The translations under genes and the position numbers were made by a program. Shown here in pieces: positions 23,801 through 35,800 of a stretch of 64,000 bases of DNA. Below the pieces are notes generated by a model. That model had not been told where the DNA came from. It did not search any database and saw only the letters and a program-made list of their open reading frames with translations. How positions within the stretch are numbered: the first letter of the stretch is position 1; each line of letters starts with the position of its first letter. Origin of the DNA: Fimbriosthenelais zetlandica (Eukaryota); NCBI GenBank assembly GCA_977030845.1, contig OZ365109.1:60574001-60638000 (forward strand), read 5' to 3'.

Positions 23801-26800
23801 TTTTCTTTGCCCACAAATGAGTTTCCAAGATGCTTCTTCCGGATAGATTAAGTTGTGACAGTATTATTTAAGGGTATTTTCTATATTTCTGCTGATATAT
23901 AAACAGGAGCATCCCGGCCTTATTCAGTAGGTAAATTGCCACATGTACTCACCACTGTCCTAATCCTATTGCGGCGGAGGTTGAGCTCTGTTAGGGCATC
24001 CATCCCACTTAGATTGTCTACATGTTGTATGTTGTTACCAGCAAGGTTCAACACCCGTAACTCAGAGAGGTGGGAAAGGTTCCCCACTTGGCTTATCTGT
24101 TAAGATGAAGAAAAACAGTCCAGGTTTTGACCTATCTTATCTTTACACAATACATTAAGATAGCACTCAAGCTATCTGCAGATGCTAAGCTTTAGGGTTC
24201 CAGTGATTCTTAAGATATCCCAAATGGAACACAAGTGCAACATGTGTACACAAGTTTCCCTCATGAATGCAAAATTAAATTTTGGTCCTAGGCATTTCAT
24301 TTGATAGTACTCTTTTTCAATCATGGTAAAACTTAATACAAAGATTTTCGTACATTCAATGATAAATTTTGTTACAAGATTTTCAAGGATTTTTTAATTC
24401 TAATTGTCTATCCAATAATAAATCAATAATGGACTAAAGGTGGTTGTTTTACACCTAAAGTAGAAAGGTAATATATTAGAAGAGAGGTCTAAAACCTGTC
24501 AGGGGTATTTTGTTCATGTTACAAGGACTTTTAATGTAGCAAGAAGTCTTCATGCTGCCACCTAGTGTTAACTCCCTCCGCTAACTTTACACGAGTTGAT
24601 TCATTGAACTAGATTTCTATTCAATTTCCAAAGAATTTGAAAACTGTACTTCCTATAGGTGCCGTTCCCAGTATACAGTATCATAGGTAATATTCACGAG
24701 ATGATAAATCCAGAAGCAAATATAACAAAACCTCAATTAACTACAAATCCATTAACTTACCATGTTTCCATGAAGATCTAACACGTCCAATTTGGTTAAA
24801 GGCTCCAAGTTTTCAATCCTCTGAATTCTGAAAAACGATACTTTAACATTCAAAAAGCAGTTAAATGAGCAGCATAAAAGCCATATTTGTTGTCCTTTAA
24901 ATTGGCAATTCGATATTTAATTTCTAGCCGATGAAATCTCTCTTGGATTTTTACATCCATTAAATGTTTTAAGCTGGTGGCAATAAACCAAAAACCAAAT
25001 TTATGATATTAAATTTCAAAGCAGACCATTACAAACCGAGGCAATTTTCATGGAGAAAAAGTGTCAGAATGAAATTTAAATGACAAGCTATGACACAGTC
25101 ACCTTGAATACAATCCCCGTTTGGGCTAATATCAACAAAGATACACTGGTAAAATTATAATACGTTGATTTAAACATTTATTTTTTAAACATGGTTCCGA
25201 CAGATGTTTGGGTGCAAGAATTAATAAATGAACGAATGGTCTATCGGTGGATAAATGGATGAATAATGCAATGAATGTATGGATAATCAAATCACCTGTT
25301 TTTGCCGAGCATGAGAACCCGGAGAGACTTGAGAGCGTTTAGACCTGATATAGATTCTATCTGGTTATCATAGAGGTCTAGGAAGATAAGTCGCTTCAGG
25401 CCATGGAGGTGTTCAATGCGGGTGATCAAGTTGTGCTGGTAGTTAAGCAAACGGAGCTGCTCTTCTCCTTCCAGCGCTGGGCACACTGCCAACCTTCGTC
25501 TAGAGGAAAGATTCTTTTTGAGTGATATAAAACCATTGTTCTTGGTACTATAGTGGAAAATGACAGTCTAATCTACCAGATATTTTTCTATCCAGATGGG
25601 ATAACTGGCGTTTAGCATTAGCATTAGCCTGACAAAAAACAATTAAAAATGAAAGCATTTACCTTCATACTATAAGCTAACAAAACTGGCTACTTCTAAG
25701 TTGGCACAGGTAAGGGGTATTTTGTTCAATTTTTTTCCAAACCTGCTAAAAAAAGATGCTAGAAAAAAGCTCAGATCATTACCCAGTATACTTTCCCTTT
25801 CCATGAATACCCATTTATAAAGTCAATTTCTCAGACATGTCGTACATTGAACCTAGTATCAAAGCCGAATATCTTTAGCAACATAAAAATGTACATAAAC
25901 TTCATAAGTAAATGACAATATTATGATGACATTCTATGGCGACTGGACGAATATTTCCTCTGCAAGTGACTTTTTTGTTCCATTACTATCACAGGCCTAC
26001 GCTACAAATATTCGGAGGTCATTGCTTTCAGTTATACCAAGTTTTGATGCTGGCGTCTGGTGTTTTGTGATGGCGTCCTCCAGGACAATTTTTACAAAAT
26101 TGTCCACAAGAATCCATTGACTATATCAGACAAGTTTTCTAGTAGAAGTAGAATGATGTCCAGCGAAATGAGATTATTTATTAGCCTATGCAGTAATTAT
26201 TTTGGATGAAATTCTATATTTTGTTGCTAATTGCTGGAAGGAAGGACTTGCCATTACCTGTCAAGGTTTAGTCGGTCGGGATTGGCGGCTCGCTCCTCGG
26301 GTGTCCGGTAGACGACAGGTATGCCAGGTGAAGCCGGATTTTCAGCAAAAATGACGCGATCACCTTTAGGGAATACATTGACAATATTCAGAGATAAGCA
26401 ATTAAATTTCAACGTATAACTGAAAAGAAAATGTGAAAAGTAAAATTACTTTGTCTAGAAATCAATTAAAGGATGTTAAATCGAATTAATCCAATAACAC
26501 TAAATCATTTTCTGGAAAGGACGATTCTTTTCTTTTGAAAGTATCTCAACAATTATCCATGGATGAAATTGTTCAATATCATTAAGACTTTAACCAATTT
26601 CACTTTGTTCGAATCTTATTTAGATTTAATCAAATACAATCAATGTTACTCTCCAACTTATTGATTACACCCAACAGGGGAGAGCGACGTTATAAAAGGA
26701 TTGATTAGAAACATTGATTGTTTAAGAGGGAAAAGGCTAAGGCTCTAGGATTCATCAGTACAGGCACCTAGTGAGAATACCTGGCAAATAGACCGGAGCC

Positions 26801-29800
26801 CTGGGGATGCGTGCCCCGGGTCCGGCACTGTGCAGGGAGCGAACATCATGTCGCTCATCACCGAGGAGCGACGAGGCTGAACTGTTGGACCCATGTCCAT
26901 GTAAACCCGGATCAGAATAATTGAAATCTTGTGCAAAAGCCAGTGCTATGTTTTTCTGCTTATCCCTCAGATATAGATGGTGGGTGGAGGTGGTGGTGTA
27001 GGTGGTGGTAGCTGAGGAGGGTAGGTGACGTTCTGCAGGTGTTGCGAAATTAAAAAGGTGCACAAGAAATCATGACATCGTCAAACCAACATCTATAGGT
27101 GGTGCCATTATAATTAGTGACCTTACGACCATGCATTAAGTGAAGGAATATGACTTTGATTATTCAGGAATTCCAAACAGAACGTGTTAGATTTCACTAC
27201 ATTTTGGGGAGATGTTAATTCCATGTAAAATTCCAAAAAATACATTTTACTCATGCAATAAAAATACCATTATTCTAAATTAGGTAAAGATCCAAATATA
27301 ATGGGAATACATGTAGGTCTACACAAATTTATTTTAAAAGTGAGTGAAAGAAAAATCTTCAGTAATACTATGATACTAATAGTGAAAAGTTTCCTAAAAT
27401 ATTTGTAATTGATACTGAATTATCTTAATAGAGATTGTGAATCAATCCATGCAAATTTGAAGTTACAAAATGTAAATGCTAAAATTAAGAGTCAGGGATT
27501 CAAACTAACAAATGACAGTTTGATCCTAAGAATATAAGGTGCATACAAATACATGCTTTTCATTTCAAAAGACTGGAAATTTCCCCCAGTGAACCACTTC
27601 TGAGTAAGAATCGTGACGAAAAGAATGTAAAGGATAGTGAACACCGTGTTTCACTTACCAGGCCTCGATGAACCAGCTAAAGATTAAAAAATACCCTGAT
27701 GAGCTTTATCAATATTAGGCATCGGCAACAAAAATACCTTAATAGCCTAGGGTGAGGGGATCATGTTAGATGCAAAATGGTTGGAGTGAAGCGCTAGTTC
27801 GGGAAGTAATGAGTATCTTCAATCAAAATAAAATATAGGATTTGTTTGGCTCAAAAGCTGTACTCACTCCGAACGAAAAACTCCTTGTAAGAAACGGATC
27901 TTTCAACTGGGGATATTTTTTCTATTTAAATAGTTAATACATAAAATCAATTGCAAGGGGGTAATTAATATTGTGTACATCAATTGTGAAATATTTGACA
28001 ATGTTACAAGACCTTCTTACTACGCTCTTATTAGTTCAATATTTTTTTAATTTGTGATTTTTTGTGACGGGGAATCATTAACTTTTCTGAATGTTGAAAT
28101 TACCTGAAGAAACATTTGAATGTGTTTGTCCGTTGGAGTCGGTGTTTTGAGACATGAGCATCTTGCGGAGTGTAGGGCTGGGAGCTGTCGGGTCGCTCCT
28201 TTGGTATGGAGACATTTCCCGCGAACTTAGCCCCATCTGGCAAACAGGCAATGGAATAGAATTAATACAAGCCTTTCCTAGGCTAGAGACACCCAATAAT
28301 GTAGTTCGGGTTTTTGGCGACATTGGAAACTAATTTTCGGTTAGACTTTTGGCACAATCGGGTGGGGAATATTGATCAGAACTAAAATCTCGATAACCCG
28401 GGTATTACTTGGAACTTTTCAGCGAGACTTGGCGCCATTCGTTGTTAAACCCTGGAACTAATTATTTCATGATCTTGCACCATGTTATTTATTTATTACA
28501 AAATGTAGTTTGATTAGTTGGAACTTTTCAATAAGACCTACTGTTACAACAAATATTAAACGATGAAACTATAAATGATAAAATATTTCCAAAATTATTT
28601 AAGCTAAATAAATTAGAAACGCTATATAAATATAAATGGATAGTGCTCAACCTTTTCGCGGTCGGTTAAATATAATAGACATTTACTTGAAATTGGTTTT
28701 GAAATTATTGATAAGGCTTTGTATCACTTACCTGTTTGGGTATACGTTCATTTACTGTTGTTGCGGAGGCCTGGAGACTGAACTGGGGCCCAAACATAGC
28801 ATTCTGTGGGGACAAAAATAATTTATTTATAAATCATAATTATAATTCATTAAGATTCAGAAATGTGTAAAATTCATTTCAGCAACGTTGTACTAACACT
28901 GTACTAACAAGTAATCTTTCAATAAATAACCTCTAAATGTCGATAACCTTCTGGAAATATCCTTGCAAAAGGTGCAACAAAGGCCTTTCCACATGAAATG
29001 CAAACCATTTCTTTCATATGAGCAAGGCTAATACTGAGCTCGCTAGAAGTACCTTAATGCTCTATTTATATTGAGTATAGAACTTCGAAGCTTAAGGTAA
29101 TGTTCAAAGGAAACATAACTAGCATTGTGTCCTCGATCTCGATCATCCAATATCCTCAGAACCAGGTGAATTATTTCACATGATATATTCAAGTCAACAC
29201 CATATATAATCATAGTTACTGTTATTCCTATAATGTTTGCATTTTAACGTCTTCGCATTTCGTTTTCCCATTCTTATTCATTCCCAATCACAATATTTAA
29301 TAGAACAGCATGTACAGTAACAATGGTATTGGCAATGTTTTTTAAATGCCTACGGATGCATTGGCTAGGGATTATTCAAATCTCTAAAATACAGATATTG
29401 CCATTCCCTACATGGGTCCCCATTGTAAGTAGATTTTACAAAACAGCTGTAGACATGTAAAATTTATAATATCAAATTAAAAAGAATATAATTGTATATT
29501 CATCCATAAAGATATTCAACTAAGAAAGAATTAGAAAATAATTGTCACAACCCACACATAATATCACATTTTAAGCACATCATGCAAGTATACAACATTA
29601 ATTTAAAGTCACATTAAGTTTATCTTTACAATCTAATTATTATAATATTTTTCCCAAATTTAAATCTTTCAATACAAGTTTAGCATGAGCAAATTACACC
29701 TTGGACCTTATATAATCAGAATATCATCTTGGGTAAGGGTTGCCAATTTCTGCCCCGCTTCAAAATCGAAGTGCATTAATTTAGCTAATTAATTAGTTTC

Positions 29801-32192
29801 TTCCAAAAATTGCGTTACCAAAGGTGTTAATCACAACAAAAAGAAATGGAATTTAAAATGCAGGCCTGAATGAAGCTATTACAACCACATCAAGCGAGCA
29901 TATTAAGACCTATACACATGCTGAACATTAAAGAATTTAATTAAATCATTGTGATAAATATTTTCATCACTAAAAAAAGTGAACACACACGCCTGCCACT
30001 TTAAATGGCTCCTGATCTACAGTATCCTACCTTGGTGGTTTTTACGGCTCGAGACATATTTGCATCTAAGACTGCAAAAAAACAACCTGAATCTTTTAAG
30101 GACTGGGCCAAGGAAGAAATAAGTTCAAGTAGGGTAAATAAATAAATTGGAACCAGAGACTCAAACTCAGACCTGAAAAACAGAGCTCTAGCTATGAAGC
30201 CACCCATGGCAAAGTGACATATCAATCCTGAAAAATAAAATCGATTAGCATCATCCAGAGAGGGATGCATCACCTTGTTGACAGCATCTGGGAGGAGGAT
30301 GGATACTTGCGTAAATCGAAATGGATGGGCCATTGTTATCACATCCAAATATGTCCAAGGTTGTTAAAATTCAGACCAACTTCTTTTAAATAAACAGTTG
30401 GAAACAGTCCTGTTGGTTACATCAAGTAAATCCACTAGTGAATTAGTCCTATAAATTCAAGAACGATACAAATTCAATTTAATCATGCCATATGAAGTCA
30501 TTTAGTACAGGGAACTCAAGTACACCCATGCGATTGCATATTCCAGCAAAATAAAGCAAGGGACTCAATCCATTTTGTATAATTATGAAAATACCAGAGC
30601 AGAAGCCAGTCAAAGGCCAGATCTAGCAGGGAAGGAAGCACAGCCAAGAATCCAAGTCTCCAGGGGCACTAATGAAAATAAATCATTTAATACAGCCGTG
30701 CACTAACTCGGTGCTTTTCCAATTCCCTGCAAAGCTCCCTTGAAAAAAACATTCTTGAGTTGATCAATCAATTCCTCAATCAACATTGACTTTGTTCATA
30801 AAATCAGCTCAACGGATGATATGAGTCGTATACTTGACTAATCATATAATGGTGACTGGTTATGAAGAATATATTTCTCAGACTGTCAACTTTCTGAATG
30901 TGGGCATGTGTAAATTAATGGGTCTCAACACTCAGACTGTATAATAATAATAATAGATTATACCGTAGACCTAAATAGGACCTAAACAGTGGTGAGTTGT
31001 GGCATTATCCAAGCCATGCGCTCATAATTATAGGGAGAGGAATTAAGACGATTATTCAGCTCAACTGCCAACTGTCATGCATAAAAAGGGAAATGGATGG
31101 TTGAAAAGTTTAACATCTATACCAGCACGTAACAGATCTATAATAAGACAAACAACAATGGGAGCTCCGGCTCGGCTAAAAAAGGAGATGAAAATGTAAG
31201 GAATTGTGTCTATTAGAAAAGATGATTTTCACACACCGCCAATTTTATATTATAGACACAAAATAAAATTAAAGTAATAGATCTAACTAGCTACTGTATA
31301 AATTATGAAGATTAATTCTAACTGGTCAATTCAATACTTCATGTTTTATCATTATACAGGTACATGTATGTCATCTACGAGATCAATCTAACCCTATTTT
31401 GGGAGCTTAGAACAGTACTATTTGGATGAGCGCTCAGCCTCAGGATCAGCTCGAGCAGGTTAAGCCTATTAGTATTACTAGAGTATTACTATTAGCACCT
31501 GATCAGGGCCCTGGTTAATTAGACTGACTGACATAATATATAGCCTCAAAAAGTCAGGACTCAAGGTCTCGGCTCTGGTGAAACATTAATAGGCCTAGAT
31601 ATATTGGACATGGCAGTAGACCTTTACCTTTACTTTATAGCTGGAAAAAAATGGGCCTACTGGGTCTGGGCGGGGGTCTGGGACTAGATATCGATCTAAC
31701 CAATACCATGGAACTAGATAGTAGGCCTACTATAACTAGTAATAATGTTAGCCTACTAGTACTATAGTCTCTAGACCTAGTAGGTCAAAAAGACTCTAGA
31801 TCTAGTACGTACTAGACTACTAACTACTAGTACCGTAGTCCGAGACAAAATATTCGCCTCGGGTCCCATCCCGCTCTGAGACTGGGGACAGCTATAATAC
31901 AGCCTATTAGTATTACAGGCTACTAACTGGTATCGTTAGGCCTATACCTGCATTGTGCGCAACACATTCAATGCATTCACTGATCACTCGCCAGTTATGA
32001 CATGTCATGTACACCCGATAGTATTAGTATCAGTATCGCCATAGGCATATATCAGGGGAATGGTACTATCGCCTATCGGCCCCGCCTTGCAAGTTGTATA
32101 CAACGTGTTGTTAATCATTTAATGATTTCAGTGTCACTTACTTCTTTCGGAGTAATGGTGGCCCTGGTCCGCTGCTTACTGTAATTGTACAT
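20821..32192 (-). CDS. LRRC49: Leucine-rich repeat-containing protein 49 (centriolar satellite / tubulin polyglutamylase complex subunit), 5' part; join of exons 32192-32142, 28803-28732, 28329-28104, 27676-27659, 27032-26781, 26363-26258, 25499-25296, 24827-24761, 24096-23953, 20882-20821; 3' exons not found in window
   Basis: All exons have AG/GT boundaries and compatible phases. The spliced translation includes GDRVIFAENPASPGIPVVYRTPEERAANPDRLNLDRRRLAVCPALEGEEQLRLLNYQHNLITRIEHLHGLKRLIFLDLYDNQIESISGLNALKSLRVLMLGKNRIQRIENLEPLTKLDVLDLHGNMISQVGNLSHLSELRVLNLAGNNIQHVDNLSGMDALTELNLRRNRIRTVIDVDNLPSLQRLFLSFNEIG. This is collinear with human LRRC49 as recalled (CPIINGEDHLRLLNFQHNFITRIQ...LDLYDNQIEEISGL...LLLGKNRIKKISNL...DVDNLPCLQHLFLSFNNIS). 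Confidence 0.93.
21207..21265. repeat. (CATT)n microsatellite
   Basis: Direct reading; one interruption (TTTATT). Confidence 0.95.
22900..23520 (-). mobile_element. Probable decayed L1-clade RT fragment in LRRC49 intron
   Basis: GISRPPTSMKTATILSL...NRCEKTLP at ~23340-23450 (like NWRPISLLNxDYKI...NRLKKVLP). Confidence 0.3.
23953..24096 (-). CDS. LRRC49: LRRC49 exon 9 (ISQVGNLSHLSELRVLNLAGNN...NLRRNRIRTV)
   Basis: 144 nt, phase 0-0, cttaacag| ... |gtgagt; two LRRs. Confidence 0.93.
24761..24827 (-). CDS. LRRC49: LRRC49 exon 8 (IQRIENLEPLTKLDVLDLHGNM)
   Basis: tttttcag| ... |gtaag; exactly one LRR. Confidence 0.93.
25296..25499 (-). CDS. LRRC49: LRRC49 exon 7 (LRRs)
   Basis: 204 nt, phase 2-2; SDS22-like LRRs; matches ORF track 25292..25492. 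Confidence 0.95.
26258..26363 (-). CDS. LRRC49: LRRC49 exon 6 (GDRVIFAENPASPGIPVVYRTPEERAANPDRLNLDR)
   Basis: 106 nt, phase 1-2, AG/GT boundaries; conserved pre-LRR segment. Confidence 0.9.
26781..27032 (-). CDS. LRRC49: LRRC49 exon 5 (Thr/His-rich; ...DPGLHGHGSNSSASSLLGDERH...APVYLP)
   Basis: Open frame (ORF track 26755..27063); acceptor cctgcag|, donor CAG|gtattc; phase 1 joins the GDRVIF exon. Confidence 0.75.
27659..27676 (-). CDS. LRRC49: LRRC49 18-nt microexon (AGSSRP, phase 1-1)
   Basis: Minus strand reads tattttttaatctttag|CTGGTTCATCGAGGCCTG|gtaagtga: strong acceptor and donor, frame-preserving. Confidence 0.7.
28104..28329 (-). CDS. LRRC49: LRRC49 coding exon 3 (FPMSPKTRTTLLG...HSNVSS), Ser/Thr/Pro-rich
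   Basis: Open frame (ORF track 28078..28323); donor CAG|gtaatt; the acceptor aattag| is weak but is the best phase-0 option seen. Confidence 0.6.
28732..28803 (-). CDS. LRRC49: LRRC49 coding exon 2 (NAMFGPQFSLQASATTVNERIPKQ)
   Basis: Strong acceptor ttatttttgtccccacag| and donor CAG|gtaagt; only the phase 0-0 frame is open. Confidence 0.8.
29600..30400 (-). mobile_element. Decayed L1-clade AP-endonuclease fragment in LRRC49 intron 1
   Basis: ORF 30001..30348 (FAMGGFIARALFFRSEF like HGxxxSRGVAILF; FAVLDAN like ILGDFN); downstream CSLDVVVI (SRLDYFLI) and GPRCNLLMLNL (GPGYWKLN). Confidence 0.5.
32142..32192 (-). CDS. LRRC49: LRRC49 coding exon 1 (MYNYSKQRTRATITPKE)
   Basis: ATG at 32192; 17 codons ending at a strong donor GAA|gtaagt; phase 0 matches the next exon; promoter-like motifs lie about 110-150 nt upstream. 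Confidence 0.7.
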
Positions 32193-32294
32193 CGCCCTTG
32201 TGGTTCAGAATAAATACTTCGTCAGTTGGCCATTAATTATATTTAAATTCAACTGGGACTTGTTAAATTACACCCGCTACAGCTGGAATTCGAT

Positions 32295-32350
32295 GACAAC
32301 CGCCGCCATATTGTAAACAATCCACGGACACCTGCAGCGCGCATGCCTGA
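32295..32350 (-). promoter_or_regulatory. Probable LRRC49 promoter / TSS region with YY1-like and NRF1-like motifs
   Basis: CpG-containing patch just upstream of exon 1; CGCCGCCATATTG at about 32301-32313 (minus strand: CAATATGGCGGCG, YY1-like); GCGCATGC at 32339-32346 (NRF1-like core). Confidence 0.5.
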
Positions 32351-32444
32351 CCGGATAGTAAACAAGATTTCATTTCATGAAATAGGTGAGGTGCGCAATG
32401 GTAAATAATGGATTTTGGGATTTATGCGTTATGCCTAGGGGAAC

Positions 32445-32845
32445 CCGGGGCAAAGTGGAACAGAAATGTTTATTGTTAAATAATATTTTTAAAAAGAAAA
32501 ATAAAGTTATATTTTCTTACTGCATTTGGAGGTTAGGTTACAGGGTTAGGGACTTGTTGACAACTTGCCCCTGAATGTTCCACTTTGCCCCGAGAACAGC
32601 GTTCCACTTTGCCCCATTCCACTTTGCCCCGGACATATTTTTTTCTATAATGTGACCCCCAAGAGAATAATAATTTATCAAATCAATATTTAATATGCCC
32701 ACTAAAGGCTTATTCATACTTATCTACTGCCATGGGGTGGGATAGCAAGTATGTGCTTCAATAATTAGTTGACCTTTTAAAATAATTTATGAACATTGAA
32801 ATCCAAATTTTTCCAAAGTGGAACACGGGGCAAAGTGGAACAGTC
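32445..32845. repeat. Cluster of inverted and direct copies of (C)CGGGGCAAAGTGGAACA; probable MITE remnant(s)
   Basis: Forward copies at ~32445 and ~32826; three reverse copies (TTCCACTTTGCCCC) at ~32578-32632. Confidence 0.65.
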
Positions 32846-35800
32846 CCATAGAAAACTGTGCAAGTGCTGCCTTCTACTCTTGACCACTACTGTAGCATAA
32901 CCATGAGTTTCTCCTTTCTTGGTGGGAACCACCATTTCAGAGAATCACCTATTGTATTTATTCTGGGAATTTTACATTTTCAGCTGTAGGCCTAGGCCTA
33001 AATTTGTAAAAATTTAAAGGTTAGGCTATCTCTAGAGGCTCAGTGTCGCCATCTAGCAGTTCATGCCCGTGGCAGGTGATGTTGTAGGCCTACGAGGTGC
33101 GTATACCCAACCTGTTCCCTCGTGTGCCGTTCTCGTGTGACTGTGTGTGGGTCAAAACCGGAAGGCCTGATATGCCCTATAACTCTTCATAATTATGTAG
33201 CCTATGATAAGGAGGGGAGAAATTAAGTTCAAAATGGCTGCCACATTAGGGACGGGAGAATCCGCTGCATGGCGCTACGATCGCTCTCATACGCGGGTTA
33301 AAATAGATGGTTTATTGCTCTTTGCCACATGTCATAGCCTAGGCCTACTCACCTGTGGAGTCACTCTAGGCCTAGGTTACCTAGCCTACCTTCACTATTT
33401 CCCATAGGCCTACATATCGACTAGGTTCGAACCCTGCCGACTGCGAAGCATATGTATGATAAGGAGGGGAGAGGTTGTACGGTATAGGCCTACCGGTCGG
33501 ATGTTTATAGATTGGATAACAGCAGAAATTGCCCCATGTTAAAACGCCAACCTCAACTAGTTTTAACGTAGGCCTATAGTTCCTGGTTTATCCGCTTGTA
33601 CAATCTAGCGCAAATATCTGCTGCCATAGGGTCCAATGTTAAAAATTATTTAGCCCCCCAGGCCCCTCCCCGGCCCCCAACCTCAACCTCCACTCTCATG
33701 TCTACCCCCGACAACGATCCCAACTCCCTCCCAAAAAATCAGCCTGATTCGAAATGGTTAACCTGTTTAAATCCTTTCGATTGTGCAAAAGTGTCCCCTC
33801 CATAGGCTCAATGTTAAAAATCACTCACGATTATAGGAATGTGTGCTACAGAGCCGGTTTGCCAGTCCACTCCAATCGGATTTTTCCTACCTAATACAAT
33901 GTCATATTATTTTCACTCAAGAACACGGTTATGTATAACTTATATGACCTCTACTGATACATCTCAAAAAAGTGGAGAGGAAAAACGAGGAAAACCCCGA
34001 TTTCTGCAAAAGTGACAAATCGGCCGAGCGTATACCGGCCTATAATTTGGCCTTTTAAAAACCTTAACAGCGCCTTCTCACTAAAAGTCTAAAAAGTTGA
34101 ATAACTCTGTAAATAATGGGTCTAAAATTACAATTCAAACGGATTATTCTTAGTTGGAAGCATCTCCAAGTATCTGTGTGGTTTTTGTTGCACTAAAATT
34201 GATTTAAAATTTCGATTTTTGAAAATGGAGGGAATTTGAGGTCCATTGATCTCTATGGAACGAGGAGGCCAGCGCGCCAGTGGCGACCCGAGATATACAG
34301 CGGCAAAAAGGTGAACTACTCTTCAATGATCAAGCCAAGGCTGAGCGCTGTGTACACCTGGCCATAGGAGTTCCTCTCTACTAGGGGGTGGTGGGTGGGG
34401 GCTGGATAATTTTTCAAGGCAAATCCAATGCACGAATTAAATATTAGAGACTTAATGGCTATGGCTCCCCGCTGCTGCTTCTGCTGCCGTAGGCTACCTT
34501 CTGCTGCTACCCTTTCTGATCATAGCCTAAAAACAACTGGCCTACTTCACACATGTATGCAGACACAGAAATAGGCATATTTAAAATACTTCATGGACAC
34601 TTAATAGCATAAATAATAGCAAAATAGTATTTTAATTCATATTTTATTTTATTTTTCATAGCAATGTACAAGAATTAAGGATCTACAATTTTCCTACACA
34701 TGATCTCAGGTAGGGTGATCTCTGCTCGTTTACAGACATTTTTCAAAACCTACACTTTAATACCAGATTAGCCTATAGCAGAGAATGACGACGGAATGTA
34801 CACTAGCAAACCAATGTTTGAAACCTCACAGAAATTCATATATTTAAAAACTTCAACATTTTAGCCAATACAAGGACTGGCCATTTTCACTTTAGGCACA
34901 ATATTTAATCCCAAGCGGAAAAAATCCCATAAATTTAATTAGGCTAGGTCTATATTTTCACGTGTAGTCTAGGCTAGGTTTAGCCTAATGTCAAGAATAG
35001 GCCTCTTGCTTTGGCCTAGACCCAGGCCGAGGTCTATTTCCATATCTTATTTTGTTGATAAGAATAATTGTAGGTCGATATAATATATCGACCAATATCA
35101 TTGGTTCATTTTTTAAACGTTATTTAAACATTATTTATAAACGAAAGCTGTTGACCGAGGAATAAGGAAAACGGACAGGCAAAGGAAATCGACTTCACTC
35201 TATGAACATGAATAACATAGACCTAGGCCGCCTAAATTTTCATTAAATATAATATGATCTTGAGCATACATTTCACATTATTTATTGTAATTTAATATGA
35301 TATAACATTTAACTTTGCTTTGTGAAGGATAATTATCTTGCATTAAATATTATAGGCCCCGTTAATATAGGTTTATTTGTACTCTAGCTTTTTGTAGGTC
35401 TATTGGTATCCCATTTTGTAACCTTCCTACCCTCATGGAAGTAGAATAGGACAGAAGTAGGGTATTTTAGTCTTGAATGTCTTGTACAGTTTTGTACTAC
35501 AAAGAAATATAATATTATAGTGACAAATCAAAGCAAGGCTGTTCCCCACCTTCCATCATGCTTGGCCTCAGCCTAGTTATGGAACGCCGTTGGTAGTGTA
35601 GAAATAATAACAGTTATGGTGGCTTGGAAATGCTTGTTATTAGCAGGTTATTGTTATAACTAAAACGGTAGAGGTAGACTACTTTCAGGCCAAAAGGGTT
35701 GCCCCATCCGAAGAAAATGAATTGATTTTTAAAAAGATCTAATTTCTAGTCAAAATTACCTATGTAAATTCATTACCAATGAAGCAATCTAATTATGGTA

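Noticed and set aside
24555-24569. CTCF-like motif CTGCCACCTAGTGTT in an LRRC49 intron
   Set aside because: Isolated motif with terminal mismatches and no supporting context.
30001-30348. 115-aa ORF as a small membrane protein
   Set aside because: Its motifs and downstream frames fit a decayed LINE endonuclease, and it lies in LRRC49 intron 1.
33204-33407. Plus-strand ORF as a head-to-head THAP10-like gene
   Set aside because: No THAP C2CH signature and no supportable downstream plus-strand exons.
33424-33434. Perfect B-box as a tRNA gene
   Set aside because: No convincing A-box, acceptor stem or cloverleaf around it.
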